From an uncultured Candidatus Saccharibacteria bacterium (GTDB taxonomy: Bacteria; Patescibacteriota; Minisyncoccia; Phycocordibacterales; UBA9973): a stretch of 64,000 nucleotides of DNA. The notes beneath the pieces were generated by a model. The model did not search any database and was not told where the DNA came from. It worked only from the letters and a program-made list of their open reading frames with translations. Shown in pieces: positions 10,288 through 20,689 of this stretch. Position 1 is the stretch's first letter. Every line of letters begins with the position of its first letter. A program made the translations under genes and the position numbers. Location of the stretch: positions 71,905-135,904 of the forward strand of contig CAZUQJ010000002.1 in the NCBI GenBank assembly GCA_964622505.1, written 5' to 3'.

Positions 10288-10638
10288 TTATACTAGATTC
10301 ATGCAGATCATGCACTTGCGGGCGCTTGGATTTACATCCAATCTTTCTTCTTCGATAGCGTCACCACATGTTTCGCACTTTCCAAATTTATTTTCTTCAA
10401 TTCTTTTGATCGCGTCCTCTATGTCTCGCATTCTTCGGCCAAGCGTGTCTGTTATGGCGCTACGTTCTTCGAAATCCTCGGTACGGCTTGCCATGTCGTT
10501 TTCATCTGCTTCGGGAGCAGTTTGACTCTCTGGGACTGCATGCCAGACACCAGTTACATCGTCGCGTTTTGCAATCGAAGATAATTCAATTTCTAAATTT
10601 TTCTTTTCTTCCGCTAATTTATTTTTGTGTTTGATCAT
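10288..10638 (-). CDS. TraR/DksA C4 zinc-finger protein
   Basis: DENDMA coiled-coil tip; FGKCETCG...RL...P.ARKCMIC. Confidence 0.88.
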   Translation of the reverse strand: MIKHKNKLAEEKKNLEIELSSIAKRDDVTGVWHAVPESQTAPEADENDMASRTEDFEERSAITDTLGRRMRDIEDAIKRIEENKFGKCETCGDAIEEERLDVNPSARKCMICMNLV

Positions 10639-10674
10639 ATGTGAATAATATATAATTTTTAATTAAAGTGCAAT

Positions 10675-11559
10675 CTACAAAGGCTTGGCGTTTTGAGTGC
10701 GTAGTCTCTTGATCGCCTCCACGATTACCTCTTTGTTGTCGGAGATCATGTATAGGTTTTGATTTATAAATACAGAGTAGATCAAAGGCTCGTTGTCGGT
10801 GCCAGTCAGCACCCGTGCGTCGGTATTGTTGATAACAGTATCTTCAAATGATTTTTGCAGAAGGACTTTTTTGTTCCCACTGATATTGATACCAAAGATT
10901 GTAGAGAATTCATCGAGGATTGTTTTCTCCCAAGCATATGACCCTGCCACAGCTTGGTCGTATGATGGTGATTTGAAGATAAAGAAAGTGCCTGTCTTGG
11001 CTTCTGCGTTTTGGCGGTACAAGCCGATCATAAAATTTGAATCCAATGACCTTTTAAATGAGCTCGGTATACTACTACCAACTGTCTCTAGGAAGTCTGT
11101 AGCACTGAGAGTTTTTTGTCCACCGATAGTAAAGACCACAGATTCGACAAGACCATTTTTATTTTTTGCGCGCTCCTCTCCCAGCACTCTTACTAAGTCC
11201 TCTCGGCCGGCAATAGTATCAGCCGGCAGAAGTGTCTGTGTGTCGCTTGGGATCAGCGTGGGAATTCCGGTTACTATTTCTGGATGAGTTGCTTCTATCT
11301 TGCCTTTCTTGTTGAGGTACTTGAATACAAATATTGCGCCTACAATAAGTATGATCGAGCAGATACCAAATACCAAAGCATAATTCTTTTGTTTTGTTGC
11401 TGTCTGCTTTTGAACTTCCCCTTCGCGACGACGTTGCTCGGCCATAGCGATCTTGATCACCGAGGCTTCGTTGTCGCGCACCATACTTGCCATATCGCCT
11501 GCATAGGTGTGTATGGTTTGTGACTTTTTATTTAGATTGATGTTATTTTGTTCGTCCAT
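10675..11559 (-). CDS. Conserved hypothetical single-pass membrane protein
   Basis: 294 aa with one TM helix; overlaps the pnp stop codon. Confidence 0.75.
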   Translation of the reverse strand: MDEQNNINLNKKSQTIHTYAGDMASMVRDNEASVIKIAMAEQRRREGEVQKQTATKQKNYALVFGICSIILIVGAIFVFKYLNKKGKIEATHPEIVTGIPTLIPSDTQTLLPADTIAGREDLVRVLGEERAKNKNGLVESVVFTIGGQKTLSATDFLETVGSSIPSSFKRSLDSNFMIGLYRQNAEAKTGTFFIFKSPSYDQAVAGSYAWEKTILDEFSTIFGINISGNKKVLLQKSFEDTVINNTDARVLTGTDNEPLIYSVFINQNLYMISDNKEVIVEAIKRLRTQNAKPL

Positions 11560-13672
11560 TAAAGAAATCCTTGTCAGCTTCTTTTATAGAAAGACTGATT
11601 TTACCTTTCTCGTCTACCTTTAGAACTTTGATCGGGACTATCTCCCCTTCCTTAAGAATATCAGAAATCTTCTCTACACGGAATGGGGCCATTTCGGAAA
11701 CGTGCACGAGACCCTCTGTATTACTATTGTTGATCTTTACAAAAGCGCCGAAGTCGACGATCTTGATCACTTCACCTTTAAACATATCACCTGCCTTGTA
11801 TTCGTATGTCATCTCGGCAATCATTTTGTGTGCCTTTTCTGCACCACCGTCTCGGCCTGTGATAAACACTGTGCCGTCTTCTTCGATTGTGATCTCGGTA
11901 CCAGTTGCTTCACGGATTGCATTGATGTTCTTGCCGCCTGGGCCTATAACCATACCGATCTGATCTTTCTTTATAAGGATGGTCATGATCTTTGGTGCGC
12001 GTGCCGAGATATCGGCACGTGGTTGCGCGATCACCCCGATGATTGCTTCGAGGATTTGCAAGCGCGCGTTCTTTGCTTTCACTAGCGCATCTTTGAGTAC
12101 CGGTAGTGGTACACCATCTACTTTAATATCGAGCTGGATTGCAGTGATACCATTTTTTGTCCCGGCAACTTTGAAGTCCATGTCACCATAGTGATCTTCT
12201 GGTCCTTGGATGTCAGTAATGAGTTTGTATTTTGTACTATCATTCTCGTCGATCATTGCACCGATCGAGATTCCGGCAACAGGACTTGTGATCGGCACAC
12301 CGCCATCCATAAGTGCTATTGTCATCGCACAGATACTTGCTTGCGAAGTGGAACCATTGGAAGCGGTGGATTCAGATACAACACGGATTGTGTAAGGGAA
12401 ATTTGTCTTGCTTGGCAGTACTGGAATCATTGCTTTTTCTGCGAGGAATCCATGACCCATTTCGCGACGGTTGATTCCGCCGACGCGACCAGTTTCACCA
12501 GCAGAGTATGGAGGGAAATTGTAATGATGCATAAATCTTTTCTTGAAACTATTCTCGATACCATCGATAGTGTGCATGCTTTCAGGGCCTCCAAGGGTTA
12601 GTACACTCATGACGTGCGTCTCGCCACGGTAAAATATTCCTGAGCCGTGTAACACATCCGAGATACCACCAGCTACTCCTGATAGGGCTCGAACTTCGTC
12701 GAGTCCACGCATGTCTGGGCGCATGTCGTTTTGTAATGCTTTGTCGTGGAGGGCTTTGTCGATATATGTTTCCAAGTAATCTTCGGCGATAAATTTCATC
12801 GCTTGGTCGTCTTCATATTTTTCTTCAACAAACTTTTTCCATTCGTGCTCGGCTTCGTGGATTGTCTTCTTACTTTCAGTTTTGCTAAACAATCCTTTGT
12901 CGAGGATTGGTACGATCAAACCGTTGAACAATTTAACAATTTCTTCTGTAGTCTCGGCTGTTGGGAATACCAATTTTTCTTTACCAAGTTCTGTGCGGAG
13001 CATCTTTTGGAAATTTTCCCACTTTGTGATCTCGGCTATAGCTAGGTCAAAGGCAGTGCCCATAGTTGGCTCATCGAGCTCAAAGGCCATCGCCTCGATC
13101 ATGTTGATAGTGTTGTCCTTTCCGCACACCATCAAGTCGAGTGCGTATACTGGCTCATCAGTTTGAGGGATATAGTTGTTTGCAACGATTGTTGGATTTT
13201 CTTTTGTACTACTTATATGTACGGCACCGATTGGACCTGCCCATGGGATGTCCGACATATGGAGTGCCACTGATGCCGCATTGATGCCGAGGGTCTTTGG
13301 ATCTGCTTCGCCTACTGCGATAACAGTTATGATTACTTGGACCGCATTCTTTATTCGGTGATCGAATAGCGGGCGGATAGTACGGTCGATCACACGTGCC
13401 GCAAGAATTGCTTGGTCGCTAGGTCGTCCTTCACGGCGCATAAATTGGCTTCCTAGGATCTTGCCAGCTGCATAAAACTTTTCTAAATATTCTACAGTAA
13501 GGTTGAAAAATCCAGGATTGGATTTGCCATCACGACTGATACAGGCTGTAGCCATAACTACAGTCCCCCCACTCTTTAGTATGACCGAGCCATTTGCTTG
13601 GTCTGCTAGGTCTGTAAACATAGCGACAATCTTCTTGCCACCAATCTCTACCTCAAATTCTTTTGTATTCAT
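11543..13672 (-). CDS. pnp: Polyribonucleotide nucleotidyltransferase
   Basis: Two RNase PH domains (RREGRP, HYNFPPYS, SNGSTSQAS, GDMDFKVAG) plus KH and S1 domains. Confidence 0.97.
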   Translation of the reverse strand: MNTKEFEVEIGGKKIVAMFTDLADQANGSVILKSGGTVVMATACISRDGKSNPGFFNLTVEYLEKFYAAGKILGSQFMRREGRPSDQAILAARVIDRTIRPLFDHRIKNAVQVIITVIAVGEADPKTLGINAASVALHMSDIPWAGPIGAVHISSTKENPTIVANNYIPQTDEPVYALDLMVCGKDNTINMIEAMAFELDEPTMGTAFDLAIAEITKWENFQKMLRTELGKEKLVFPTAETTEEIVKLFNGLIVPILDKGLFSKTESKKTIHEAEHEWKKFVEEKYEDDQAMKFIAEDYLETYIDKALHDKALQNDMRPDMRGLDEVRALSGVAGGISDVLHGSGIFYRGETHVMSVLTLGGPESMHTIDGIENSFKKRFMHHYNFPPYSAGETGRVGGINRREMGHGFLAEKAMIPVLPSKTNFPYTIRVVSESTASNGSTSQASICAMTIALMDGGVPITSPVAGISIGAMIDENDSTKYKLITDIQGPEDHYGDMDFKVAGTKNGITAIQLDIKVDGVPLPVLKDALVKAKNARLQILEAIIGVIAQPRADISARAPKIMTILIKKDQIGMVIGPGGKNINAIREATGTEITIEEDGTVFITGRDGGAEKAHKMIAEMTYEYKAGDMFKGEVIKIVDFGAFVKINNSNTEGLVHVSEMAPFRVEKISDILKEGEIVPIKVLKVDEKGKISLSIKEADKDFFNGRTK

Positions 13673-13681
13673 ATTATGTGG

Positions 13682-13749
13682 GCTAATCTACAGACTCTAG
13701 TTTTGAAGCGGCAAGTAGGCCACTCAACTCTATTTGTCTGGAGATTAAC
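13682..13749 (-). promoter_or_regulatory. Long hairpin in the pnp 5' leader (putative RNase III/autoregulatory stem)
   Basis: TAATCTCCAGAC...GTCTGTAGATTA outer stem with an inner GAGTGGC/GCCGCTT helix, ending about 10 nt before the ATG. Confidence 0.55.
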
Positions 13750-13861
13750 GGTTACCTTTTAATAGACTCTTTATAGCACAAAAGCAGGTTTTTATAAATA
13801 GACAAAAGAAAAGCCCCAACCTAAGTCAGAGCGATTCAAAAATTTAGTACGGTGCTTAACT

Positions 13862-14149
13862 CTATGAAAAGAAGTCATCAGCGCGGCCAAAAGCTTTATA
13901 AAAACTAAAGGCTCCAAAGATTGGACAAAGAAACATCATCAAAATCAGATGAAAAATTCTTTCCCACTCTGGCAACGAACTGGCTGACACTTGTACCTTT
14001 TGTGAAAGATACGTAATACATAGATAGAACAATAAACCGCCGATAGCTATGAACACTAAACGCATCACGCCTATCATCAGAAAGCTGAATACAAGTGATA
14101 CATTAAAGAAGAAATCGGAAAGGTGTTGGCGACAAGTTTTTGTTTTCAT
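13862..14149 (-). CDS. Small hypothetical membrane protein (solo gene)
   Basis: Two or three TM helices; own promoter at 14179-14208. Confidence 0.65.
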   Translation of the reverse strand: MKTKTCRQHLSDFFFNVSLVFSFLMIGVMRLVFIAIGGLLFYLCITYLSQKVQVSASSLPEWERIFHLILMMFLCPIFGAFSFYKAFGRADDFFS

Positions 14150-14169
14150 TTTTTTGCTATTAAGTTATA

Positions 14170-14238
14170 TTTGTGTATATTATAGCACAAATACACCCTA
14201 TTTGTCAAGTAAAAACCCCTTGTAAAATAAGGGTTTTT
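14170..14238 (-). repeat. About 65 bp promoter module, copy 1 (TTGACA-N18-TATAAT plus upstream hairpin)
   Basis: Near-identical to 14885-14952. Confidence 0.9.
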
Positions 14239-14306
14239 AACGCGATCGGCAAAAGAAAAACCCACCGTGCTAAGATGGGTGTTCCATTAGTGGTGGGTTT
14301 TAAGAT

Positions 14307-14861
14307 TTAAGCTTGTTGTTCCTTGATTGAATTTGACCAATCTTTACGATAAATCAAACGAACTAAAGTGCCTACAACAGTTGAAATACTCGCGGTTCCT
14401 AAAATTACAAAGTAAGCTGCTTGAGGTGCAAAAAATAAAATAGTTGCTCCGGCTACTGTAAGATTGGCTGCAATACTGTATCTCGGATGTACAATTGCAA
14501 AGATCAAGCTTAGTGCAAAAAATGAATAAGCAGTGACATCAGCATTAACCATTCCGGAAAATTTGCAAAATAGCGCACTGGCAAGAAGTCCAATTAAGAT
14601 TCCGATAGGATATAACCCTCTGGCTACGTCGTCTCGGTCTGTTAATTTGAACCATTTCAATTCGCGAAGCATTACGATTCCAAAGAAGCTGATGGTTACC
14701 ACCAGTAGAAACTTGGGCAGGATCTCAGTAATTTCTTTCCAGGATACCATGTTTACCATTCGTCCAATTAGGACAGAAATTAAACAGGTTAAAAATAGGG
14801 TTAGAACATAGATCTTTGTGTACAGCTGTACAGTTGCGATGTTGTTTTTAGAGATTTTCAT
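14307..14861 (-). CDS. Hypothetical multi-pass membrane protein (solo gene)
   Basis: About six TM helices. Start MKISKNN chosen downstream of promoter copy 2. Confidence 0.7.
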   Translation of the reverse strand: MKISKNNIATVQLYTKIYVLTLFLTCLISVLIGRMVNMVSWKEITEILPKFLLVVTISFFGIVMLRELKWFKLTDRDDVARGLYPIGILIGLLASALFCKFSGMVNADVTAYSFFALSLIFAIVHPRYSIAANLTVAGATILFFAPQAAYFVILGTASISTVVGTLVRLIYRKDWSNSIKEQQA

Positions 14862-14884
14862 GTTGTTTTTATTAAGTTTTCGAT

Positions 14885-14952
14885 TTTGTATATTATAGCA
14901 CAAATACACTCTATTTGTCAAGTAAAAACCCCTTGTAAAATAAGGAGTTTTT
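14885..14952 (-). repeat. About 65 bp promoter module, copy 2
   Basis: TATATTATAGCACAAATACAC(C/T)CTATTTGTCAAGTAAAAACCCCTTGTAAAATAAGG is shared with copy 1. Confidence 0.9.
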
Positions 14953-14969
14953 TGGAGGAGGGCTCTCAT

Positions 14970-16016
14970 TTATTTAGATAACTGCTCTTTGAAGTAGTTG
15001 ACCCACTTGATGTCGCTTGGGTCTTTTTCGTGGATGATACCTAGGGTATAGGCTAGATACATTGCCCTTTGCATGCCTATTAGGATCTGAGATAGTTTGC
15101 TCTCGCCTTGCATATCCACAGTTGTGTACTTTATCCCCTGTTTACTCAAGACATCTTTTGTCACTGCAATTCTTTTGTTTATTTTTTCAGAATATAAATT
15201 AGACTCGAAAAACATAAAATAAACTTTCTCTTTATTTGTATCTGGGAATTCCAAACCCTCCATCAAGTGGTGATTGAGCTCTGGGATCTCGTGCGTGAGC
15301 GCCAATGTCTTGGCAGTCTCGTGGATTTGGTTGCGAGTAAACCGGCCAAGGTTGGTGAGGTGTTCGCTGTACACTAGTACTGGCATTTTGTCTGCGATAT
15401 TTTGCGCATCCGTATACACTTCATCGATTTTGTTTTCGGTTTTAAAAGTTTCTTGCCAAGATGCCAACTCTACTAAAGCTTTTTCTACTTCTTCATTCGT
15501 AAGATTGCACACTTTGTAATCTGTACATATCTTTATCATCTCCATCATCATAAATCCTACGCCGAATCGTGGCTGGTTGCATGGGTTATATCCAGTATTT
15601 ATCTTTCTGATTTCTAAATTATTTTTAACTGCGATATTTTCTAGTTCGCCACCCACAGTGATGCAGGCTACTTGCGCGCCCTTTTCAATTGCGTGTGTTG
15701 TTGCAGAGAGTGTCTCTTCTGTACCACCCGAGTAACTGATTGCAAGCACTAGTGTGTCTTCACCAACCCATGCTGGTATATTGTAATCGTGGCTCATAGT
15801 GATAGGCACAGTGAAAATATTTAAAGATTGTAGTATGTATGCACCGAGCGCCGATCCACCCATACCAGCTACCAAAATATTTGTAACTTCTTTTCGTTCT
15901 CTGTCCTCACTTCCGCTCTCCCATGTTGCCTTGCATTGTTTAGGAAACAATTCTACAGACCCAAAAACATTTTTTGTATCGAATTTTTCTATCCCATTTT
16001 GAAATTTTGTATTCAT
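14970..16016 (-). CDS. Bifunctional phosphoglucose/phosphomannose isomerase (SIS family)
   Basis: GMGGSALG, SYSGGTEET, QPRFG, QIHETAK, PELNHH. Confidence 0.9.
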   Translation of the reverse strand: MNTKFQNGIEKFDTKNVFGSVELFPKQCKATWESGSEDRERKEVTNILVAGMGGSALGAYILQSLNIFTVPITMSHDYNIPAWVGEDTLVLAISYSGGTEETLSATTHAIEKGAQVACITVGGELENIAVKNNLEIRKINTGYNPCNQPRFGVGFMMMEMIKICTDYKVCNLTNEEVEKALVELASWQETFKTENKIDEVYTDAQNIADKMPVLVYSEHLTNLGRFTRNQIHETAKTLALTHEIPELNHHLMEGLEFPDTNKEKVYFMFFESNLYSEKINKRIAVTKDVLSKQGIKYTTVDMQGESKLSQILIGMQRAMYLAYTLGIIHEKDPSDIKWVNYFKEQLSK

Positions 16017-16077
16017 TCTTGTATGTTAGCATTTTTTAAGATTTTTGAAAAAAGGTAAAAAAATGTATAATCTATAT

Positions 16078-17913
16078 ATGTGTGGAATAATCGGATATAT
16101 AGGGAAGCGTGAAGCCTTCCCCGTTCTTATAAAAGGCTTACAACGGCTCGAATACCGAGGCTACGACTCTGCTGGGGTCGCTATTGTAGCCGACGGGATG
16201 AAAGTCTTTAAAAAGAAAGGCAAAGTTGCCGAACTTTTGAAGCTGGCCGAGGGAGCTGATACAAAAGGTACTATTGGTATAGGTCATACAAGATGGGCGA
16301 CTCATGGTGAGCCGTCGGATAGAAATTCGCATCCGCATCTTTCGGAATCAGGATCGTTCGCTATAATTCACAACGGCATTATCGAGAATTATGTAGTACT
16401 CAAACAAGCGCTCGAAAAAGAGGGCCACACTTTCAAAAGTGATACCGACACCGAAGTCCTCGTACATCTAATAGAAACAATAAAAGAAAAAGATAAACTC
16501 TCATTACTCGAATCGGTGCGGAGTGCACTAACACAAGTTGTGGGTGCCTACGCCATAATTGTTATGGATGAGCATGACGCCGACACATTGATAGTGGCGC
16601 GTCGTGGTAGTCCGCTTGTGCTCGGTATAGGCGAAGAGGAATTTTTCATCGCATCCGATGCGTCGCCAATAGTAGAATATACAAAAAATGTTGTTTACTT
16701 GGAGGATAATCAAATCGCAATAGTTAAAAGAAATGGCGAATACAAAATATCTAGTATCGCCGGTGTGCCATACACTCCCTTTGTAGAGAAGCTGACGATG
16801 GAAGCCGAGATGCTCGAGAAGAATGGCTACGAGCACTACATGCAAAAAGAAATTTTTGAACAGTCACACACTATTGCCGATGCACTTCGTGGGCACATAC
16901 TACCGGATCGAACAGTGCACTTGCGGGGACTGGAAGAAATTTCCGGATCTATGGACATAGCACGCCGAATCATTATTGTGGCTTGTGGCACATCTTGGAT
17001 ATCTGGACTTGTGGGTGAGTACCTCATAGAATCTCTGGCACGAATGCCAGTAGAAGTAGAGTATGCATCAGAATTCCGCTACCGCAAACCAATTTTAAAT
17101 AAACACGACATCGTGATCGCCATTTCCCAATCGGGTGAAACAGCCGATACACTCGCCGCACTAAACTTGGCGAAAGAGTGTGGAGCAGTTACTTATGGTA
17201 TCTGCAATGTAGTCGGCTCATCGATTGCACGGATGACAGATGCCGGTTCGTACATACATGTGGGTCCCGAGATAGGGGTTGCTTCGACCAAAGCTTTTAC
17301 CGGACAGGTAGTCATACTATCACTACTTGCACTATTGCTTGCCAAAAGACGCGAAGCTCTTAGTGAGAGTGAATACAATACACTCGTTGATACACTATCC
17401 ACTATCGGTGACTCTGTAGACAAAGTTCTCAAGGAAGAAGATAAAATAAAAAAGATCGCAGAAATTTTGAAAGACAAAGAAAATGCTCTTTTCCTTGGCC
17501 GAGGGATACTCTTCCCTGTCGCGCTCGAAGGCGCACTCAAATTAAAAGAGATTTCCTACATCCATGCCGAGGGTTACCCAGCTGCGGAGATGAAACACGG
17601 CCCGATCGCATTGGTGGAAAAAGATTTCCCAGTAATTGTGGTAGCAACCAATGAGGCACTGATCGAAAAAGTAATTTCCAACGTGCAAGAAGTCAAAGCC
17701 CGTGGCGCGTTGACGATAGGAATTGTGCGTGAAGGTAGCAACGACACGAAAGATATTTTTGATCATACAATAGAGATCCCAAATGTCCCCGACGAATGGA
17801 TGCCGATCCTCTCTGTGCTTCCCCTCCAACTCCTCGCCTACCACACTGCAATACTGCGTGGTGCAGACGTAGACAAACCCCGCAACCTCGCAAAGTCAGT
17901 AACTGTAGAATAA
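16078..17913 (+). CDS. glmS: Glutamine--fructose-6-phosphate aminotransferase
   Basis: N-terminal MCGIIG, GHTRWATHG, SQSGETADT, C-terminal PRNLAKSVTVE. Confidence 0.98.
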   Translation: MCGIIGYIGKREAFPVLIKGLQRLEYRGYDSAGVAIVADGMKVFKKKGKVAELLKLAEGADTKGTIGIGHTRWATHGEPSDRNSHPHLSESGSFAIIHNGIIENYVVLKQALEKEGHTFKSDTDTEVLVHLIETIKEKDKLSLLESVRSALTQVVGAYAIIVMDEHDADTLIVARRGSPLVLGIGEEEFFIASDASPIVEYTKNVVYLEDNQIAIVKRNGEYKISSIAGVPYTPFVEKLTMEAEMLEKNGYEHYMQKEIFEQSHTIADALRGHILPDRTVHLRGLEEISGSMDIARRIIIVACGTSWISGLVGEYLIESLARMPVEVEYASEFRYRKPILNKHDIVIAISQSGETADTLAALNLAKECGAVTYGICNVVGSSIARMTDAGSYIHVGPEIGVASTKAFTGQVVILSLLALLLAKRREALSESEYNTLVDTLSTIGDSVDKVLKEEDKIKKIAEILKDKENALFLGRGILFPVALEGALKLKEISYIHAEGYPAAEMKHGPIALVEKDFPVIVVATNEALIEKVISNVQEVKARGALTIGIVREGSNDTKDIFDHTIEIPNVPDEWMPILSVLPLQLLAYHTAILRGADVDKPRNLAKSVTVE

Positions 17914-17923
17914 ATCATGCATT

Positions 17924-17958
17924 AAAAAATCCCAAACTGAAAAGTTCGGGATTTTTTT
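17924..17958. terminator. Bidirectional terminator
   Basis: AAAAAATCCC...GGGATTTTTTT between convergent genes. Confidence 0.75.
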
Positions 17959-17975
17959 AAGTTAAGATGTTCGGA

Positions 17976-19280
17976 TTAGAAACTGATTGTCCACCAACCT
18001 GCAAGCCAGGTTATGAATACAATAAAATCAATTAGAAAATGAATGTAAAGAGCTTTAGCTACTATTGTTCTGCTTTTCCACCAAATTTTAAATAAACTCC
18101 AGCATTCTTCAAGCCATACAATGAATCTGATAGTGTAAATAACTACAAAAATTATTACAGCAGCTAAGCCAAAAATAATCCACTCAATTAAATCAAGGAA
18201 AAGTTCCAAAAATGCTTTGAGCATGCTGAGGAATTCTTTCCAGTTTTTAATGACCACAACCAGTAATAATACCAACATGGCAATCACGATAAGCGCAGCA
18301 ATTATTATTGTTGCCCACATTACGTAACTGACATTCAAGTATTTTTCCAGCAGTATTTGACTGAAGAGAATTACTAAGAATATCGTAGCCACAATAAACA
18401 CTACCTTGAGTACCGACCACAAATCTTTTAAGCGGAACAACGGCAGACCCATTTTAAAATTTCTTAAAGATAATAACAAAAGAAATAAAAATGGGAGCTC
18501 GATTGCTAATCCAATCGGAGTTGTAATCGGAGTGATTTCTACTCTTTGGGTTGTGATACATACGTTTGCTTGCACATAGCGCATTGTATCCAACAGGCTT
18601 CGGTCTCTCAGGACTTTTGCTACGGCTTCTTTTGAGTGAAGCTGCAATTCACAAGAAGTAAGAAAAATATTTTCTATAGGAATTTTGAGGTCCTTAAGTT
18701 TTTTCTCAATCAGCGAACTTGTTCTTTGTAGCCTGGCTGAGGCCAGATTACTGTTCTCATCTTCATACACTTCTGGCTGTAGACTTTTTTCAAAGCCGTA
18801 CTTTAAAGCTTCAGGTGAAGCCGTCCCCAAAAGATCTAATAAGATTTTCGGCTGGGCAAGAGTCGGGAGTGTCGGATTTACTGCATTACGTACCGCGATT
18901 GCTTGTCCGTCGTAATCCAAAGAAAGATCCATTTTGATTTTATTCACGCTGTCGGAAATCACTTGCGCAATTTCTTCGGCCACAAAATCTTCAGTGGAAT
19001 CATTAGATACTGGTGGCACAAGGTTAAAGTGTGGCCCGATCGGGTACACTACTTTGCGCGTAAAATTTATAGTATCGCGGATAATTTTCCGCGATTCACT
19101 TTGAAATGGAGATAATAAACTCCAAAAATTAAAGTGTGGACCCTTCCCCTCATCTGAATAGAATCGGGTATAGGTAGTTACGTCATTCCCCCTGTAAGCT
19201 TGCAAAGCATTGAAGCTGAAGAGCGAGAGAGTCGAGATGGTTAGGAGGGTAATAAATACCCAGAGGATTACTTTTTTCAT
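17976..19280 (-). CDS. Hypothetical membrane protein with a possible OmpA-like soluble domain and several C-terminal TM helices (solo gene)
   Basis: N-terminal signal/TM, GTASPE...N.NLASAR motif, hydrophobic C-terminal half. Own TTGACA-N17-TATCAT promoter at 19413-19441. Confidence 0.6.
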   Translation of the reverse strand: MKKVILWVFITLLTISTLSLFSFNALQAYRGNDVTTYTRFYSDEGKGPHFNFWSLLSPFQSESRKIIRDTINFTRKVVYPIGPHFNLVPPVSNDSTEDFVAEEIAQVISDSVNKIKMDLSLDYDGQAIAVRNAVNPTLPTLAQPKILLDLLGTASPEALKYGFEKSLQPEVYEDENSNLASARLQRTSSLIEKKLKDLKIPIENIFLTSCELQLHSKEAVAKVLRDRSLLDTMRYVQANVCITTQRVEITPITTPIGLAIELPFLFLLLLSLRNFKMGLPLFRLKDLWSVLKVVFIVATIFLVILFSQILLEKYLNVSYVMWATIIIAALIVIAMLVLLLVVVIKNWKEFLSMLKAFLELFLDLIEWIIFGLAAVIIFVVIYTIRFIVWLEECWSLFKIWWKSRTIVAKALYIHFLIDFIVFITWLAGWWTISF

Positions 19281-19480
19281 AATTTTCTTTTTTAAGAGTT
19301 TTTTTAAATGGTTGATTTCCGCAATTTCTGGCATAGAGAAACTCTGGAAATCAACCACATCTCTTAAAAACAAAAAATTCTAATCCGATGTCGAAGAACA
19401 GCTATCAGCGGTATGATAGCATGTTTTACCCTATTTGTCAAGTTAAATTATATATTTAACCCTTATTTTATAAGCTTATT

Positions 19481-20689
19481 TTACCAAACTTTCTTTATTA
19501 TCTCTATTGCTTTGTCGATATCTTGGGTGGTGTGTAGGGCCGAGAGTTGGAATCGGATCCTTGCCTCCCCTTCTGGGACTACTGGGAATGAGAGTGATGT
19601 TGCGTAAATGCCGTTTTCAAAAAGCTTTTTACTCAAGTCGCTCGCTTTTGTGGCGTCGCCGATCATCAATGGTACTATGGCATGACTGCCAGCCAATGTT
19701 GGCCAATTATTTTCTTCCAATTTGCTTCGGAAGTACAAGGCATTTTCTTTTACTTTTTTAGTGAGTGCGTTGTCGGCTTCGAGCATATCGAGTCCAGCAA
19801 TACCTGCGTTTACAATCGATGCTGGCACAGCGTTGGAGAATAGGTAGGTGCGGGACTTTTGGCGGAGTAGATCAACGAGAGATTTCTTGCCACCAATGTA
19901 TCCGCCGATGGCGCCACCGAGAGCTTTGCCAAGTGTTCCGGATATAATATCAATCTTTCCAAATACATTTTGTGCCTCAGGTGTGCCACGACCAGTCTCG
20001 CCCGCAACGCCGATGCCGTGTGCGTCGTCTACAAATAGTAGCGCCTCGTATTTCTCTGCGAGTTCGATTAATTTTGGTAGATTCGCCATTGTGCCCTCCA
20101 TGCTAAATATGCCGTCGGTCACAATTATTTTATTTCTATACCCCTTCTCTTTATCCTCTTCTAAAAATTGTTCAAGCATGTCCACATTTCCGCCTTTGTA
20201 AATTCTTTTATCCAAATTTTCTTTTTTACAGAGCTTGAATGCGTCGATGATAGATGCATGATTGTTGGCATCGCTGTAGATAACATCTTTCCAGGGCTCT
20301 GTACTCCCAAATGGTTCATTTACAAGGGTCGCAAATAATCCGAGGTTGGACATGAAGTTTGTAGAATATAATATTACATCCTCTGTTCCGATGAACTTCG
20401 CAATCCTTTGCTCCAAGTCTCGGTGGATTGTCTGTGTGCCAGAGAGGAATCGAACCGATGCCGTGCCGAAGCCAAATTTGTCCATGCCTTCTTTGGCTGC
20501 TTCGATAAGCTTTGGGTGATTGGCAAGACCAAGATAGTTGTTGGATGCGAACATGATCATCTCTTTGCCATCTACAACCACATGTGTTCCCTGCGCACCC
20601 TCAATGAGTCGCTCAGTTTTATACTTGCCATTATCCGCAATAGCTTTTAAATCCCCCTCTATTTGATCTGTAATTTTTTTTGTATACAT
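19481..20689 (-). CDS. kbl: Glycine C-acetyltransferase (2-amino-3-ketobutyrate CoA ligase)
   Basis: FASNNYLGL, ASVRFLSGT, NHASIID, DDAHG, GTLGKALGG, LRQKSRTYLFSN. Confidence 0.93.
   Translation of the reverse strand: MYTKKITDQIEGDLKAIADNGKYKTERLIEGAQGTHVVVDGKEMIMFASNNYLGLANHPKLIEAAKEGMDKFGFGTASVRFLSGTQTIHRDLEQRIAKFIGTEDVILYSTNFMSNLGLFATLVNEPFGSTEPWKDVIYSDANNHASIIDAFKLCKKENLDKRIYKGGNVDMLEQFLEEDKEKGYRNKIIVTDGIFSMEGTMANLPKLIELAEKYEALLFVDDAHGIGVAGETGRGTPEAQNVFGKIDIISGTLGKALGGAIGGYIGGKKSLVDLLRQKSRTYLFSNAVPASIVNAGIAGLDMLEADNALTKKVKENALYFRSKLEENNWPTLAGSHAIVPLMIGDATKASDLSKKLFENGIYATSLSFPVVPEGEARIRFQLSALHTTQDIDKAIEIIKKVW

Noticed and set aside
16017-16077. glmS ribozyme
   Set aside because: The 61-bp divergent intergenic gap is too short, and the -10 box abuts the ATG.
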